Source: Deltaproteobacteria bacterium
GTDB taxonomy: Bacteria > Myxococcota_A > UBA9160 > G020347605
Direction of reading: 5' to 3'
Length of the DNA stretch: 34,322 nt
NCBI GenBank assembly: GCA_020347605.1
Contig: CP070734.1
Coordinates: forward strand, 3,382,021 to 3,416,342
The position numbers were made by a program, and so were the translations under genes. The notes below the pieces were generated by a model that ran no database searches, was not told the DNA's origin, and saw only the letters and a program-made list of their open reading frames with translations. Below are positions 17,719 through 26,996 of the stretch, piece after piece (position 1 is the stretch's first letter; every line of letters begins with the position of its first letter).

Positions 17719-19014
17719 TCAGCGGCGCATGCCGAGCGGCATCGGCTTGCCGAACAGCCACCCCTGGCCATAGCGGACGCCCAGCTCGCCGAGCGTCGAG
17801 AGCTCCTCGAGCGTGTCGAGTCCCTCGCCGATGATCTGCGCTCCGATGCTCTCGGCCACGGTGCTGAGCGCGCGCAGCAGCTCCTTGCGGGCGGGATCCT
17901 CGTCGATGCCGCTCACGAAGGCGCGGTCCACCTTGATGAACTCGGGCGACAGCTCCATCACCGCCTCGAGGCTCGCGTAGCCGGCGCCGGTGTCGTCGAG
18001 CGCGATCTGGAAGCCGAGATTCCCGTAGAAGTCGCGCACCTCGCGGAACATCGAGAAGTTCTCGATCGATTCCTGCTCCGAGATCTCGAACACGAGGTCG
18101 CTGGGCGACAGCTGGGTGCGCTCCAGCGTCCGGCACAGCGCCTCGGGCTGGAAGCTCGGATCGTGGATCGCGGTCGGGCGCATGTTCAGGAACAGCTTGG
18201 TGCCGGCCGGCAGGTGGAGTGCTCCCGCGAGGCCGCTGCGGCGACACAGGCAGTCGAGCTGGAATACGAGGTCTTCCTGCTCGGCGCCGGAGAACATCAC
18301 GAGCGGTGAGTGGAGGTCGCTGCCCTCCGGTCCGCGCGCCAGCGCCTCGTAGCCGAAGACCGTGCGCGTCGTGACCTCGACGATGGGCTCGTAGACCGAC
18401 GTCACCTGTCCTTCGAGGATCAGCTTCACGAACTGCTCGCGCCGCCGGCGGGCCGCGATGCGGGCGTCGAGCTGGGCGTCCCTGCGCGCTTCGTCGATCG
18501 CGCGGCGCAGCTGGGTGACCGCCCCGAGGTTCGGATTGCGGATCGCCGGGGCGATGCCGACGAACAGCTCCGGTGCGGAGCGCAGGAAGGGGTACACGAT
18601 CCGGTTTCCGCGCCCCTCGAGCCGAGCGCCGATCGCGCGCCGCAGGCCGGGGAGCTCGCCGCCGTAGAAGTTGCCCTCGTCGATGCTCCGGAACAGGATG
18701 ACGATCGCTTCGCTCCGGCCCGTCTCGCCCGTGACGACCAGGTCGTCCAGTCCCAGATGCCCGCCGATCGCCACGCGGATCTCCACCGCGAGTAACGCGA
18801 GGACGCGCTGGTGCGCGGCGCTGCCGTAGGATTCCTCGATCGAGGCGAGCGGGCCGGCGTCCACCACCATCACCCCGAGCGCGTGTTCCGTGTCGAAGCG
18901 GGCTTCGACGTCGCGAAGGACTTCGCCGAGCCGGGCGATCCGCTTCTCCGCAGCGGCGGACTCGGTCGATCGCTTCGGCGCGTCGGAAGGACCCGGAAGG
19001 GGTGTCGAGCTCAC
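17719..19014 (-). CDS. EAL c-di-GMP phosphodiesterase with a degenerate GGDEF domain
   Basis: GYEALAR, LFLN, FEISE, ALDDTGAGYASL, IKVD, GEGLDT, QGWLFGKP. N-terminal half is GGDEF-like with GRSEA. The GTG start at 19014 is approximate. Confidence 0.88.
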   Translation of the reverse strand: MSSTPLPGPSDAPKRSTESAAAEKRIARLGEVLRDVEARFDTEHALGVMVVDAGPLASIEESYGSAAHQRVLALLAVEIRVAIGGHLGLDDLVVTGETGRSEAIVILFRSIDEGNFYGGELPGLRRAIGARLEGRGNRIVYPFLRSAPELFVGIAPAIRNPNLGAVTQLRRAIDEARRDAQLDARIAARRRREQFVKLILEGQVTSVYEPIVEVTTRTVFGYEALARGPEGSDLHSPLVMFSGAEQEDLVFQLDCLCRRSGLAGALHLPAGTKLFLNMRPTAIHDPSFQPEALCRTLERTQLSPSDLVFEISEQESIENFSMFREVRDFYGNLGFQIALDDTGAGYASLEAVMELSPEFIKVDRAFVSGIDEDPARKELLRALSTVAESIGAQIIGEGLDTLEELSTLGELGVRYGQGWLFGKPMPLGMRR

Positions 19015-19091
19015 GGCCCACCGATCGGCAGGCGGACGGAGTCCGTTGAGCGCAATCGGGACGCGCGCGTGGTCCCCGGGGGACCGGTGGA

Positions 19092-19913
19092 TCAGCCGAT
19101 GCCGGGCGGCTCCTCGACGGCGAGCCCGGGTTCGGCGCAGCCGAGCCGCTCCGGAAGCTCGGCCAGATCGCGGATGATCCAGGCCGGGGGCGGCCCGTCG
19201 TGGCCGCTCAGCACCGCGTCCGGGTCGCGCACGCGGCGCGTGATCCATGCGGTGTGGATCCCGAGTGCCGCGGCGCCCGAGACGTCCGCGACCAGATTGT
19301 CGCCGACGTGCAGCGTCTCGCCGGGCTCCACGCCGAGGCCGGTGAGGATCGCCTCGAAGATCTCGCGTCGGGGCTTGCGCAGGCCCACGTCCTCCGAGAT
19401 GGCGAGGCCATCGAAGTGGCGCAGCAGACCGACGTCCTCCAGCACCGCGCGCGCGGTGGCGGCGTGGCTGAAGTTCGAGCACAGGCCGATCCGGAAGCGG
19501 CGGCGCAGGGCGGCGAGTACGTCGGCGTGGTGCGGCAGGCAGACGACGGCACTTCGCAGGCCGCCCATGTGCACCTCCGTCAGGATCCCGGGCAGGTCGG
19601 GATCCGAGAGCGCCAGCCGCTCGACCAGCCGCTCGAAGCGGGCGCGCGTCGGCAGCTCGCGGCCCTCGTGGAAGATGGCGTCGCGCACGCTGCGGTCCAC
19701 CTCGCGCAGCGCCCGCGCGAACGTGTCGAAGGCCACGTCTGCGCGCTCGGCGATGGCCGCGTGCAGCATGGGATGGGTCGAGCGGACCCGGTTTCCCAGC
19801 ACGTCCGCCTCCGGAAGGCGCTCGCGATCCTCGTCGACGAGCGTGTCGAACAGGTCGAAGACGACGGCGCGCAGAGGTCCCGGTCGGGCGGCAGGCGGCA
19901 TTCCGAACTTCAT
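19092..19913 (-). CDS. HAD-superfamily hydrolase
   Basis: FDLFDTL, LCSNF, RKPRREIF, HVGDNLVADVSGA. Start at 19913 or 19901. Confidence 0.9.
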   Translation of the reverse strand: MKFGMPPAARPGPLRAVVFDLFDTLVDEDRERLPEADVLGNRVRSTHPMLHAAIAERADVAFDTFARALREVDRSVRDAIFHEGRELPTRARFERLVERLALSDPDLPGILTEVHMGGLRSAVVCLPHHADVLAALRRRFRIGLCSNFSHAATARAVLEDVGLLRHFDGLAISEDVGLRKPRREIFEAILTGLGVEPGETLHVGDNLVADVSGAAALGIHTAWITRRVRDPDAVLSGHDGPPPAWIIRDLAELPERLGCAEPGLAVEEPPGIG

Positions 19914-20006
19914 ACCCGATCGCTCTCCAAAAAACGACCGGCGGGACGCTACACTCGTGCCGTGCGACGCGCGCGCGTCGCGGCGCGAGCGGAGGCGGTG
20001 CCGACG

Positions 20007-20543
20007 ATGGCGATCCTCAAGGTGGCGCGGATGGGGCACCCGGTCCTGCGCGACGTGGCGAAGGCGGTCGATCCGGCCGAGCTCGACTCGCCGCACTTCC
20101 AGGACTTCATCGACAGCCTGATCGAGACCATGCGCGAGTACGACGGCGTCGGCCTCGCCGCCCCGCAGGTGCACGTGTCGAAGCGCGTCGTCGTGATGGA
20201 GGTGGCCGGCAACCCGCGCTATCCCGACGCCCCGGCGGCTCCGCTGCGCGTCCTCGTGAATCCCGAGATCCGCTTCCGGACCGAGGAGCGCATCCGCGTC
20301 TTCGAGGGCTGCCTGTCGATTCCCGACCTGCGCGGTCAGGTCCCGCGCTGCGCCCGCATCGAGCTGCGGGCGCTCGACCGGACCGGACGGGAGCAGCGCC
20401 AGGAGCTCGAGGGCTTTCCGGCCGCGGTCGTCCAACACGAGTGCGACCACCTGGACGGCGTGCTCTTCGTCGACCGCGTCGAGGACACGCGCACGCTGGC
20501 ATTCCTCCGCGAGTTCCAGCGCTACGGCTCGGATGCGTCGTGA
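20007..20543 (+). CDS. def: Peptide deformylase
   Basis: GVGLAAPQV, EGCLS, QHECDHLDG. GGAGG RBS. Confidence 0.97.
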   Translation: MAILKVARMGHPVLRDVAKAVDPAELDSPHFQDFIDSLIETMREYDGVGLAAPQVHVSKRVVVMEVAGNPRYPDAPAAPLRVLVNPEIRFRTEERIRVFEGCLSIPDLRGQVPRCARIELRALDRTGREQRQELEGFPAAVVQHECDHLDGVLFVDRVEDTRTLAFLREFQRYGSDAS

Positions 20544-20556
20544 CGGGAAGCGGGCC

Positions 20557-21360
20557 GTGCTGAAACACCTCGGTGTCGCGCTGGCGATCGCCTTCGGGGT
20601 CCTGCGAGCCGCCGATCCGGCCGGCTCCGGCGAGCTGCCGAGCGGTCGGGTGGTGGACCTCTCCCACGCCTTCGACGCCGACACCATCTTCTGGCCGACC
20701 GAAGAGGGCTTCGTGCTCGAGCCGGGCTTCAAGGGCGTCACGGAGCAGGGATACTTCTACGCCGCGAATCGGTTCCGGCAGGCCGAGCACGGCGGCACCC
20801 ACATCGACGCGCCGGTCCACTTCTCCGCCGCGGGCCGGTCGCTGGACGAGATTCCGCTCCGGCAGCTGATGGGCCCGGCCGTCGTCGTCGACGTCTCGAA
20901 GCCGTGCGCTGCGGATCGCGACTACCGGATCTCCGTGTCGGACCTGGAGGCGTTCGAGCGGCGACACGGGCCGCTTCCGGAGCGCGTGATCCTGCTCTTC
21001 CGCACGGGCTTCGGGCGCTACTGGCCGGATCGGGCGCGCTACCTGGGGACCGAAGCGCGCGGCGACGATGCCGTCGCGGAGCTGCACTTTCCGGGCCTGC
21101 ACCCCGACGCGGCGCGCTGGCTGCTCGAGCACCGGGACGTCGCCGCCGTCGGACTCGACACGCCCAGCATCGACTACGGGCAGTCGAAGCACTTCGAGAC
21201 GCACCGGATCCTGTTCGAGCAGAACGTCCCCGCGTTCGAGAACCTCGCGAATCTCGAGGCGCTGCCCGCGCGTGGCTTCAGCGTGATCGCGCTTCCGATG
21301 AAGATCCGCGGCGGCAGCGGCGGGCCGCTGCGCGCCGTCGCGATCGTACCCGAGAACTGA
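20557..21360 (+). CDS. Cyclase/kynurenine formamidase-family metal hydrolase with a signal peptide
   Basis: EHGGTHIDAP, GLDTPSID, FENL, LPMKIRGGSGGPLR; hydrophobic N-terminus. ATG 20533 is an alternative start. Confidence 0.88.
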   Translation: MLKHLGVALAIAFGVLRAADPAGSGELPSGRVVDLSHAFDADTIFWPTEEGFVLEPGFKGVTEQGYFYAANRFRQAEHGGTHIDAPVHFSAAGRSLDEIPLRQLMGPAVVVDVSKPCAADRDYRISVSDLEAFERRHGPLPERVILLFRTGFGRYWPDRARYLGTEARGDDAVAELHFPGLHPDAARWLLEHRDVAAVGLDTPSIDYGQSKHFETHRILFEQNVPAFENLANLEALPARGFSVIALPMKIRGGSGGPLRAVAIVPEN

Positions 21361-23771
21361 TGCGGCAGCGCGCGCTCTACGTCGCGGTCTTCGCCGCCTG
21401 CTTCGCGCTGATCCTGCTCGAGATCACGTACACGCGCATCCTCTCGTTCAAGGTCTACTACTACTTCACGTACTTCACGATCGGGATCGCGCTGCTGGGT
21501 CTGGGCGCCGGCGGCGTGTGGGTCTCGGTCCACCGGGAGCTGCGCGCCGTGCCGCTCGAACGCCTGGTGCCGGTCTGCTGCGCCGCAGGGGCCGCAGCGG
21601 TGCTGGCCGGCTATCTCGTGATCGCGTGGCTTCCGCTCAACGTGTCCCACCTCTTCTCGGAGTTCTCCGAGGTCGCGAAGCTGACGCTCGCCGCGCTCTG
21701 CCTGTTCGCCCCCTTCCTGGCGGTCGGCGTCGTGCTGGCGGCGGTGTTCGGCTCGCAGCCCGAGCGCGTCAATCGCCTCTATGCCGTCGACCTGCTGGGT
21801 GCGGGGGTCGGCTGCACGGCGTCGATCCCGCTGATGCAGCTCTTGACGCCGCCCGGCTGCGTGATGCTCGGTGGGCTCCTGCTCGCGGCCGCGGGCCTCC
21901 CGCTCGCGGCGCGCGGCGGCCGCGGGCTGCTGGGCGCCGGGGCCGCCGTCGCCGGACTGCTGCTCGCCGCCCTCGCGTTTCGCGGCGATCTCCCCGATCC
22001 CGTGACCGACCGCTTGAAGCACCTGAGCGGCTGGCGCGACGCGGGCCTGGTCCGGTACTCGCAGTGGAGCCCGATCTTTCGCGTCGACGTCGCCGACCAC
22101 CCGCAGCATCCGGAGCTCTCCTACGCGATCCATCACGACGGTCAGCTGGGATCGGCGCTCTACCGCTTCGATGGCGACCTCACCGCGCTCGAGCGGTTTC
22201 GCGCGGACCCGCGCGCGTATCCCTTCGCGGTGACGAACTCCGATCCGCGCGTGCTCGTGATCGGGGCGGCCGGCGGCCACGAGGTCCTCGTCTCGCTCTA
22301 CTTCGGCGCCGCCCGCGTCGTCGGCGTCGAGCTGAACCCGGTGACGCTGTCGCTCGTGACGGATCGCTACGCCGATTTCGTCGGGCGCATTCACGAGGAC
22401 GAACGGGTCTCCCTGGTGCTCGGGGAAGGGCGCTCGTATCTCTCGCGCTCCGAGCAGGAGTTCGATCTGATCTGGCTCGTCGCGCCCGACTCGTACGCCG
22501 CGATGAACGCCGCGAGCTCGGCCGCCTTCGTGCTGACCGAGAGCTACCTCTACACCGTCGAGATGATCCGCGAGAGCCTCGATCACCTCGGCGCCGGCGG
22601 CATCCTCTGCGTCCAGTTCGGCGAGCTCGACTACGAGGCGAAGCCGAATCGCACCGCGCGCTACGTGAGCACCGCGCGACGCGCGCTCTCCGAGGCGGGA
22701 TTCGCCGACCCGAGCCGCCACATCCTGGTCGCGACCGCGTCGGACATTCCGCCCTTCGTGCTGTCCACCGTGCTGATCGGCAAGGAGCCGTTCGGCGAGG
22801 ATCAGATCCAACGCTTCGTGGAGCGCTCGGGATCGGTGAGCGGCGGCGTGACCCGGTATGCGCCCGGCCGCGCACTCGACGGCGGCCCGGTGAACCGGGT
22901 GATCGATGCCGCGCCGAACGCCCTGGCGGAGCTGTACGCGGCGCACCCCTACGACGTCACCCCGGTCTACGACGAGGCGCCGTTCTTCTGGCACTTCGCC
23001 CGCTTCCGCGACGCGTTCGGTTGGCGGCTGTCGACCCCCTACGTGATCGACTGGGAGGATGCGATCGGAGAGCGCGTCCTGCTCGTGCTCGCCGGACTCG
23101 TCACCGTGCTGGCGGGCCTGTTCCTGCTCGTCCCGTTCGCGGTGTTTCGCCCGGTCTGGCGGTCGATTCCGTACCGTGCCGCGACCGGCGTGTACTTCGC
23201 GTCGCTGGGCTTCGGCTTCATGCTGGTCGAGGTCTGCCTGATCCAGATGCTGACGCTCTTCCTCGGTTATCCGACGCGCTCCCTGTCGGTCACGCTGTTC
23301 GGACTCCTGATCTTCGCGGGGCTCGGAAGCCTGGCGAGCGGGGCCTACGCGCGTCACCGGAATCGGGCGCTCGTGCTGCTGCTCGCGGCCCTGGCGCTGC
23401 TCCTCGGCTTCTATCAGCTCGGGCTGCCCGGCGTCGTCGACCGCTTCGCGGGCGCGCCGCTCGGCCTGCGGATGGGCCTCGCGGTGGCGTTGGTCGCGCC
23501 GCTCGGGCTGTGTCTCGGTGCGTTCCTGCCTCTGGGACTCCGCAGTGTCGCCGCGCTGACCAGCCACGCGCAGGAGTACGTGGCGTGGTCGTGGGCGGTG
23601 AACGGGTTCTTCTCGGTCTTGAGCTCCATCGTGGGCGTGATCCTCGCCATGATGCTGGGATTCAACGCCGTCCTGCTGATCGCCCTGGCGGCGTACGCGG
23701 TCGGCGTGACCGCGATGGCGCGGATCCCGGTGCCCGCGGAGCGCCGCGCGGGCCCGGGTGCGGAGTGCTAG
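21360..23771 (+). CDS. Membrane-embedded spermidine-synthase-like SAM-binding protein, 803 aa
   Basis: About 7 TM, then a Rossmann domain (VLVIGAAGG, GVELNP, GEGRSYL, ESYLYTVE), then about 6-7 TM (LFLGYPT, WAVNG). TGATG overlap with the upstream gene. Confidence 0.85.
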   Translation: MRQRALYVAVFAACFALILLEITYTRILSFKVYYYFTYFTIGIALLGLGAGGVWVSVHRELRAVPLERLVPVCCAAGAAAVLAGYLVIAWLPLNVSHLFSEFSEVAKLTLAALCLFAPFLAVGVVLAAVFGSQPERVNRLYAVDLLGAGVGCTASIPLMQLLTPPGCVMLGGLLLAAAGLPLAARGGRGLLGAGAAVAGLLLAALAFRGDLPDPVTDRLKHLSGWRDAGLVRYSQWSPIFRVDVADHPQHPELSYAIHHDGQLGSALYRFDGDLTALERFRADPRAYPFAVTNSDPRVLVIGAAGGHEVLVSLYFGAARVVGVELNPVTLSLVTDRYADFVGRIHEDERVSLVLGEGRSYLSRSEQEFDLIWLVAPDSYAAMNAASSAAFVLTESYLYTVEMIRESLDHLGAGGILCVQFGELDYEAKPNRTARYVSTARRALSEAGFADPSRHILVATASDIPPFVLSTVLIGKEPFGEDQIQRFVERSGSVSGGVTRYAPGRALDGGPVNRVIDAAPNALAELYAAHPYDVTPVYDEAPFFWHFARFRDAFGWRLSTPYVIDWEDAIGERVLLVLAGLVTVLAGLFLLVPFAVFRPVWRSIPYRAATGVYFASLGFGFMLVEVCLIQMLTLFLGYPTRSLSVTLFGLLIFAGLGSLASGAYARHRNRALVLLLAALALLLGFYQLGLPGVVDRFAGAPLGLRMGLAVALVAPLGLCLGAFLPLGLRSVAALTSHAQEYVAWSWAVNGFFSVLSSIVGVILAMMLGFNAVLLIALAAYAVGVTAMARIPVPAERRAGPGAEC

Positions 23772-23892
23772 ATTCCCGCCGTCGCACGGGGGGGCGCGCC
23801 GCGGGCCGGACCCGCGTCGCTCGTTCGCAACGCCTTGCACTGCGGCCCGTCTCCTCCGGCACCACAGCGCAGAACCCCCCGAGGAGTACACG

Positions 23893-24333
23893 GTGAAGGT
23901 GGTCCGTCTCGTCGCCGCCGCAATCGTTGGATGCTTCGCTCTGGCCGCGTGTCAGAGTTCCCCGCCCGCCGATCCGGCGGACCGCCCGCTCGAGTCGAGC
24001 CGCGAAGCCGAACGCGAGGCGTTCGAGTTCATGGTGCAGACGCGGATCGACGAGATCGACGAGCGAATTCCCGCGATCCGCGAGTCGCTGGTGGCGATGG
24101 ACCAGGCGACGAAGTCGACCGTGTTCCTCGAGATCAACGAGATCCTGCAGCTGCGCGACACCCTCGAGGCGAACCTCGAAGAGCTGTCCGTCCTGCCCGA
24201 CGACGAGGCCGACGAGCTCGAGGCGGAGATGCGGGCGCTCCTCGGCGACATCGAACAGCGCTTCCAGGAGATTCACGCGCTCCTCGGCCCCAGCGCCTTC
24301 TCGCCAGCCAGCCAGGACCCGAACGGTCCATGA
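23893..24333 (+). CDS. Acidic helical lipoprotein, 146 aa
   Basis: GAGGAG RBS, GTG start, lipobox LAAC. Stop overlaps the trkH ATG. Confidence 0.8.
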   Translation: MKVVRLVAAAIVGCFALAACQSSPPADPADRPLESSREAEREAFEFMVQTRIDEIDERIPAIRESLVAMDQATKSTVFLEINEILQLRDTLEANLEELSVLPDDEADELEAEMRALLGDIEQRFQEIHALLGPSAFSPASQDPNGP

Positions 24334-25769
24334 ACACCCTCCTGAACCTGCGGATCCTGGGATGGCTGCTGGTGATCCTGGGATTCGTGGAGTTCATTCC
24401 GGTGGCGACGGCGATCGTCTGCGGCGAGCCCGTGGAACCCTACCTGGCGAGCGCACTCACGACCCTCGTGTTCGGGTTCGCCCTGGCGCTCGGCATCCAG
24501 CCCGAAAACCGTCGCTTGCGCGCGCGCGACGGCTTCGTGGTCGTGACCCTGGGCTGGATCCTGGCCTCGCTGTTCGGAGCCATTCCCTACGTCGCGACGG
24601 ACACGCTGTCGCCGGTGGACGCCCTGTTCGAGTCCGTCGCGGGCTTCACGACCACGGGCTCCACCGTGATGACGCGCATCGAGGGCTCGCCGCACGCGCT
24701 CCTGATCTGGCGCTCGATCTCCCAGTGGCTGGGCGGCATGGGCATCATCGTCTTCGCGGTCGCCATCCTCCCGCTGCTCGGCGTGGGCGGCATGCAGCTT
24801 CTCAAGCGCGAGATGCCAGGCCCCTCGGTCGAGAAGGTCCGCCCGCGCGTGGCGGCGGCCGCCCGGCGCATGTGGGGGATCTACGTGGGGCTGACCGGAG
24901 CCGAGTTCCTGGCGCTCTGGATCGCCGGCATGGGCGGCTTCGAAGCGCTCTGCCACGCCTTCACCACGGTATCGACGGGTGGCTTCTCGACGCGCGACGC
25001 GTCGATCGGCGGCTTCGCGTCGCCCGCCATCGAGTGGATCGTGATCTTCTTCATGCTCTGCGGCGGAATCAACTTCGTGCTGCACTACCGCGCGCTGACG
25101 GGCGGGCTGCGAAGCTCCCTCGGCGACTCCGAGCTGCGCTTCTACGGATGGCTGATGGCGGGCGCGACGGCCGCCGTCGCCTTCGCGCTGTGGAACCAGG
25201 ACGCCGCTGCGGGGCATTCCCTTCGCGCCGCGACCTTCCAGGTGGTTTCGATCGGCACGACCGCGGGATACACGACCGCCGACTACGAGATGTGGCCGGC
25301 GCTCGCCCAGCTGGTCCTGCTCCATCTCATGGTCCTCGGGGGCATGGCCGGCTCGACGAGCGGCGGCATCAAGACCATGCGCGCACTGCTGTTGCTGCGC
25401 GCGCTCGGATCCGCGCTCTCGCGACTCGGCCACGCGCGCGCGGTGCCGCGCCCCGTTCTGTACGGGGAGCGCCTCGTGTCGGACGAGACGCTGGCGGGCG
25501 TCTTCGCGTTCGTCGCACTCTACGTGTTGATCGCCGCGGTCGCGGCCGCCGGGGTCGCGGCGGCGGACTACGACCTCACGACCTCGTTGTCCGCCGCGCT
25601 GACGGCGATCGGCAACGTCGGCCCCGCCCTGGGCGAGACGGGTCCGTTCGACAACTTCGCCCACTTCCCGGCTTCGGTGAAGCTCGGGCTGGCGCTGTGC
25701 ATGATCGCCGGCCGTCTCGAGCTGTTCACGCTGGTGGCGCTGCTGCGCATCGACTTCTGGCGTCAATGA
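24330..25769 (+). CDS. trkH: TrkH potassium uptake permease
   Basis: Four pore loops GFTTTG, VSTGG, TTAGY, IGNVG; QWLGGMG, GSTSGGIK, GRLELF. Confidence 0.95.
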   Translation: MNTLLNLRILGWLLVILGFVEFIPVATAIVCGEPVEPYLASALTTLVFGFALALGIQPENRRLRARDGFVVVTLGWILASLFGAIPYVATDTLSPVDALFESVAGFTTTGSTVMTRIEGSPHALLIWRSISQWLGGMGIIVFAVAILPLLGVGGMQLLKREMPGPSVEKVRPRVAAAARRMWGIYVGLTGAEFLALWIAGMGGFEALCHAFTTVSTGGFSTRDASIGGFASPAIEWIVIFFMLCGGINFVLHYRALTGGLRSSLGDSELRFYGWLMAGATAAVAFALWNQDAAAGHSLRAATFQVVSIGTTAGYTTADYEMWPALAQLVLLHLMVLGGMAGSTSGGIKTMRALLLLRALGSALSRLGHARAVPRPVLYGERLVSDETLAGVFAFVALYVLIAAVAAAGVAAADYDLTTSLSAALTAIGNVGPALGETGPFDNFAHFPASVKLGLALCMIAGRLELFTLVALLRIDFWRQ

Positions 25770-25846
25770 TCGGACCGAACGCTTCCGCGGGCCGCGCGGC
25801 GCCGTGCGCCCGCTGCCGTCGCGGGGGCGCGGCCGCCTCCCGCGCT

Positions 25847-26317
25847 CTACTGGCAGAGGATGCGGACGACGATCAGGAAGCCGATCAGGAAGCCGGCGGC
25901 TCCGAGCAACCAGGCGGCGCGTCGGTCGAACGCGCGCCGGCCGCGCAAGGCGCGTTGCGCGCGCCCGCCCGCGGGCGTCTCGGAGGCCGTGCCTGCGGGT
26001 TCCTCGGCCGCCTCCGACGCGGCCAGGCGCGCCAATTCGGCGGCCTTCCGCGCCGCTTCCGCGGCGGCGGGAACGAACTGCTGTGCGTCCGCCTCGAGCC
26101 CGACCCTCAACGTCGTGGGCAGGGCGTCGCGCTGTGTTCCCCCGAGCGCCAGCTCGATGCCCGCCACCGCGAGGTCGAGCGCCGACTCGTCGAGCTGATC
26201 GAACCGGGGCCGCAGCCGTTCGATCTCGGCCGCCTCCTCCGGCGAGACGCCCTGGGTGCCGCGATCCGCGAGCAGCGACAGGAGGCGGTCCAGCTCGGTC
26301 GTCGGATGTTCGCTCAC
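25847..26317 (-). CDS. Short anti-sigma factor (RskA-like N-terminus plus terminal TM helix), 156 aa
   Basis: GTG overlaps the sigma stop (GTGA). Reads RLLSLLADRGTQGVSPEE...ALPTTLR, then an Ala/Glu linker, then TM AAWLLGAAGFLIGFLIVV, then a stop. Confidence 0.65.
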   Translation of the reverse strand: MSEHPTTELDRLLSLLADRGTQGVSPEEAAEIERLRPRFDQLDESALDLAVAGIELALGGTQRDALPTTLRVGLEADAQQFVPAAAEAARKAAELARLAASEAAEEPAGTASETPAGGRAQRALRGRRAFDRRAAWLLGAAGFLIGFLIVVRILCQ

Positions 26318-26880
26318 GACGGCTCCGACGCGGTCGCTTCGGCCGCGTACATCTCGGCCCGCACCCGCAGGAGGCCCAGGCGGATGTGGGACTGTACGGT
26401 CTCCAGCGGTAGATCCAGCGCGCGCGCGATCTGCGGATGGGTGTAGCCCCCGACCACCGCCAGCTCCAACGCGCGCCTGCGCTCCGGGGGCAGCTCCGCG
26501 AGGGCGTGGCGCACCGGCGCGAGCTCTTCCGAGTCGTCGAGCTGCGGTTCGGCGGCGTCCCCGCCTGCGGCGCAACGCTCGACGGGCGGGTACGACGCGG
26601 GCTCGGTCGACTCGGCGGGGCGCCGCTCCAGCAGCAGGCGGCGCGCCGTCATCGCGACGAACAGCGGCTCGCGGGTGTCTTCGGGGTCGTAGTCCGGGGC
26701 GGCGTCCCACAGGGCGCGGAAGATGTCCTGCGTCGCATCGCGCGCGTCGGACTCGGAGCGGGAGAAGCGGCGCGCGAGCGACCAGACGAGGTCGCCGTAG
26801 ACCTCGACGGACTCGACCCCGGCGGCGGCATCGCCCGCAGCCACGCGGGAGAGAATCGGATTTCGGTTCGATCCAGACAC
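26314..26880 (-). CDS. Divergent ECF sigma factor (SigK-like)
   Basis: RVAAGD, YGDLVWSLARRF, DARDATQDIF, LPPERRRALEL...THPQIA...LPLETVQSHIR. Confidence 0.85.
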   Translation of the reverse strand: MSGSNRNPILSRVAAGDAAAGVESVEVYGDLVWSLARRFSRSESDARDATQDIFRALWDAAPDYDPEDTREPLFVAMTARRLLLERRPAESTEPASYPPVERCAAGGDAAEPQLDDSEELAPVRHALAELPPERRRALELAVVGGYTHPQIARALDLPLETVQSHIRLGLLRVRAEMYAAEATASEPS

Positions 26881-26996
26881 GCGCGCGCGGTCTGCCCCCC
26901 GGAGCCAGGCGTGTGGAGCCGCGCGACCTGCGCGGCCGCGCCACGATAGCGCATTTGCGAACGCAGGCAGGGGATGGCGCCGCTATCCTGAGCGGC

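Noticed and set aside
11359-19482. Long N-terminal extensions in the ORF track (610, 424, 536, 699 and 587 aa) as fusion proteins
   Set aside because: The extensions overlap real neighbouring genes; shorter starts have RBS, promoter or overlap support.
21174-23896. 905-aa and 792-aa ORFs overlapping the SpeE-like gene
   Set aside because: Shadow frames caused by stop-codon scarcity at high GC.
26314-26880. This sigma as the cognate of NrsF and the GTAACC promoters
   Set aside because: It looks SigK-like, has its own coupled anti-sigma and a degenerate -35 helix, and I saw no GTAACC motif upstream of it.
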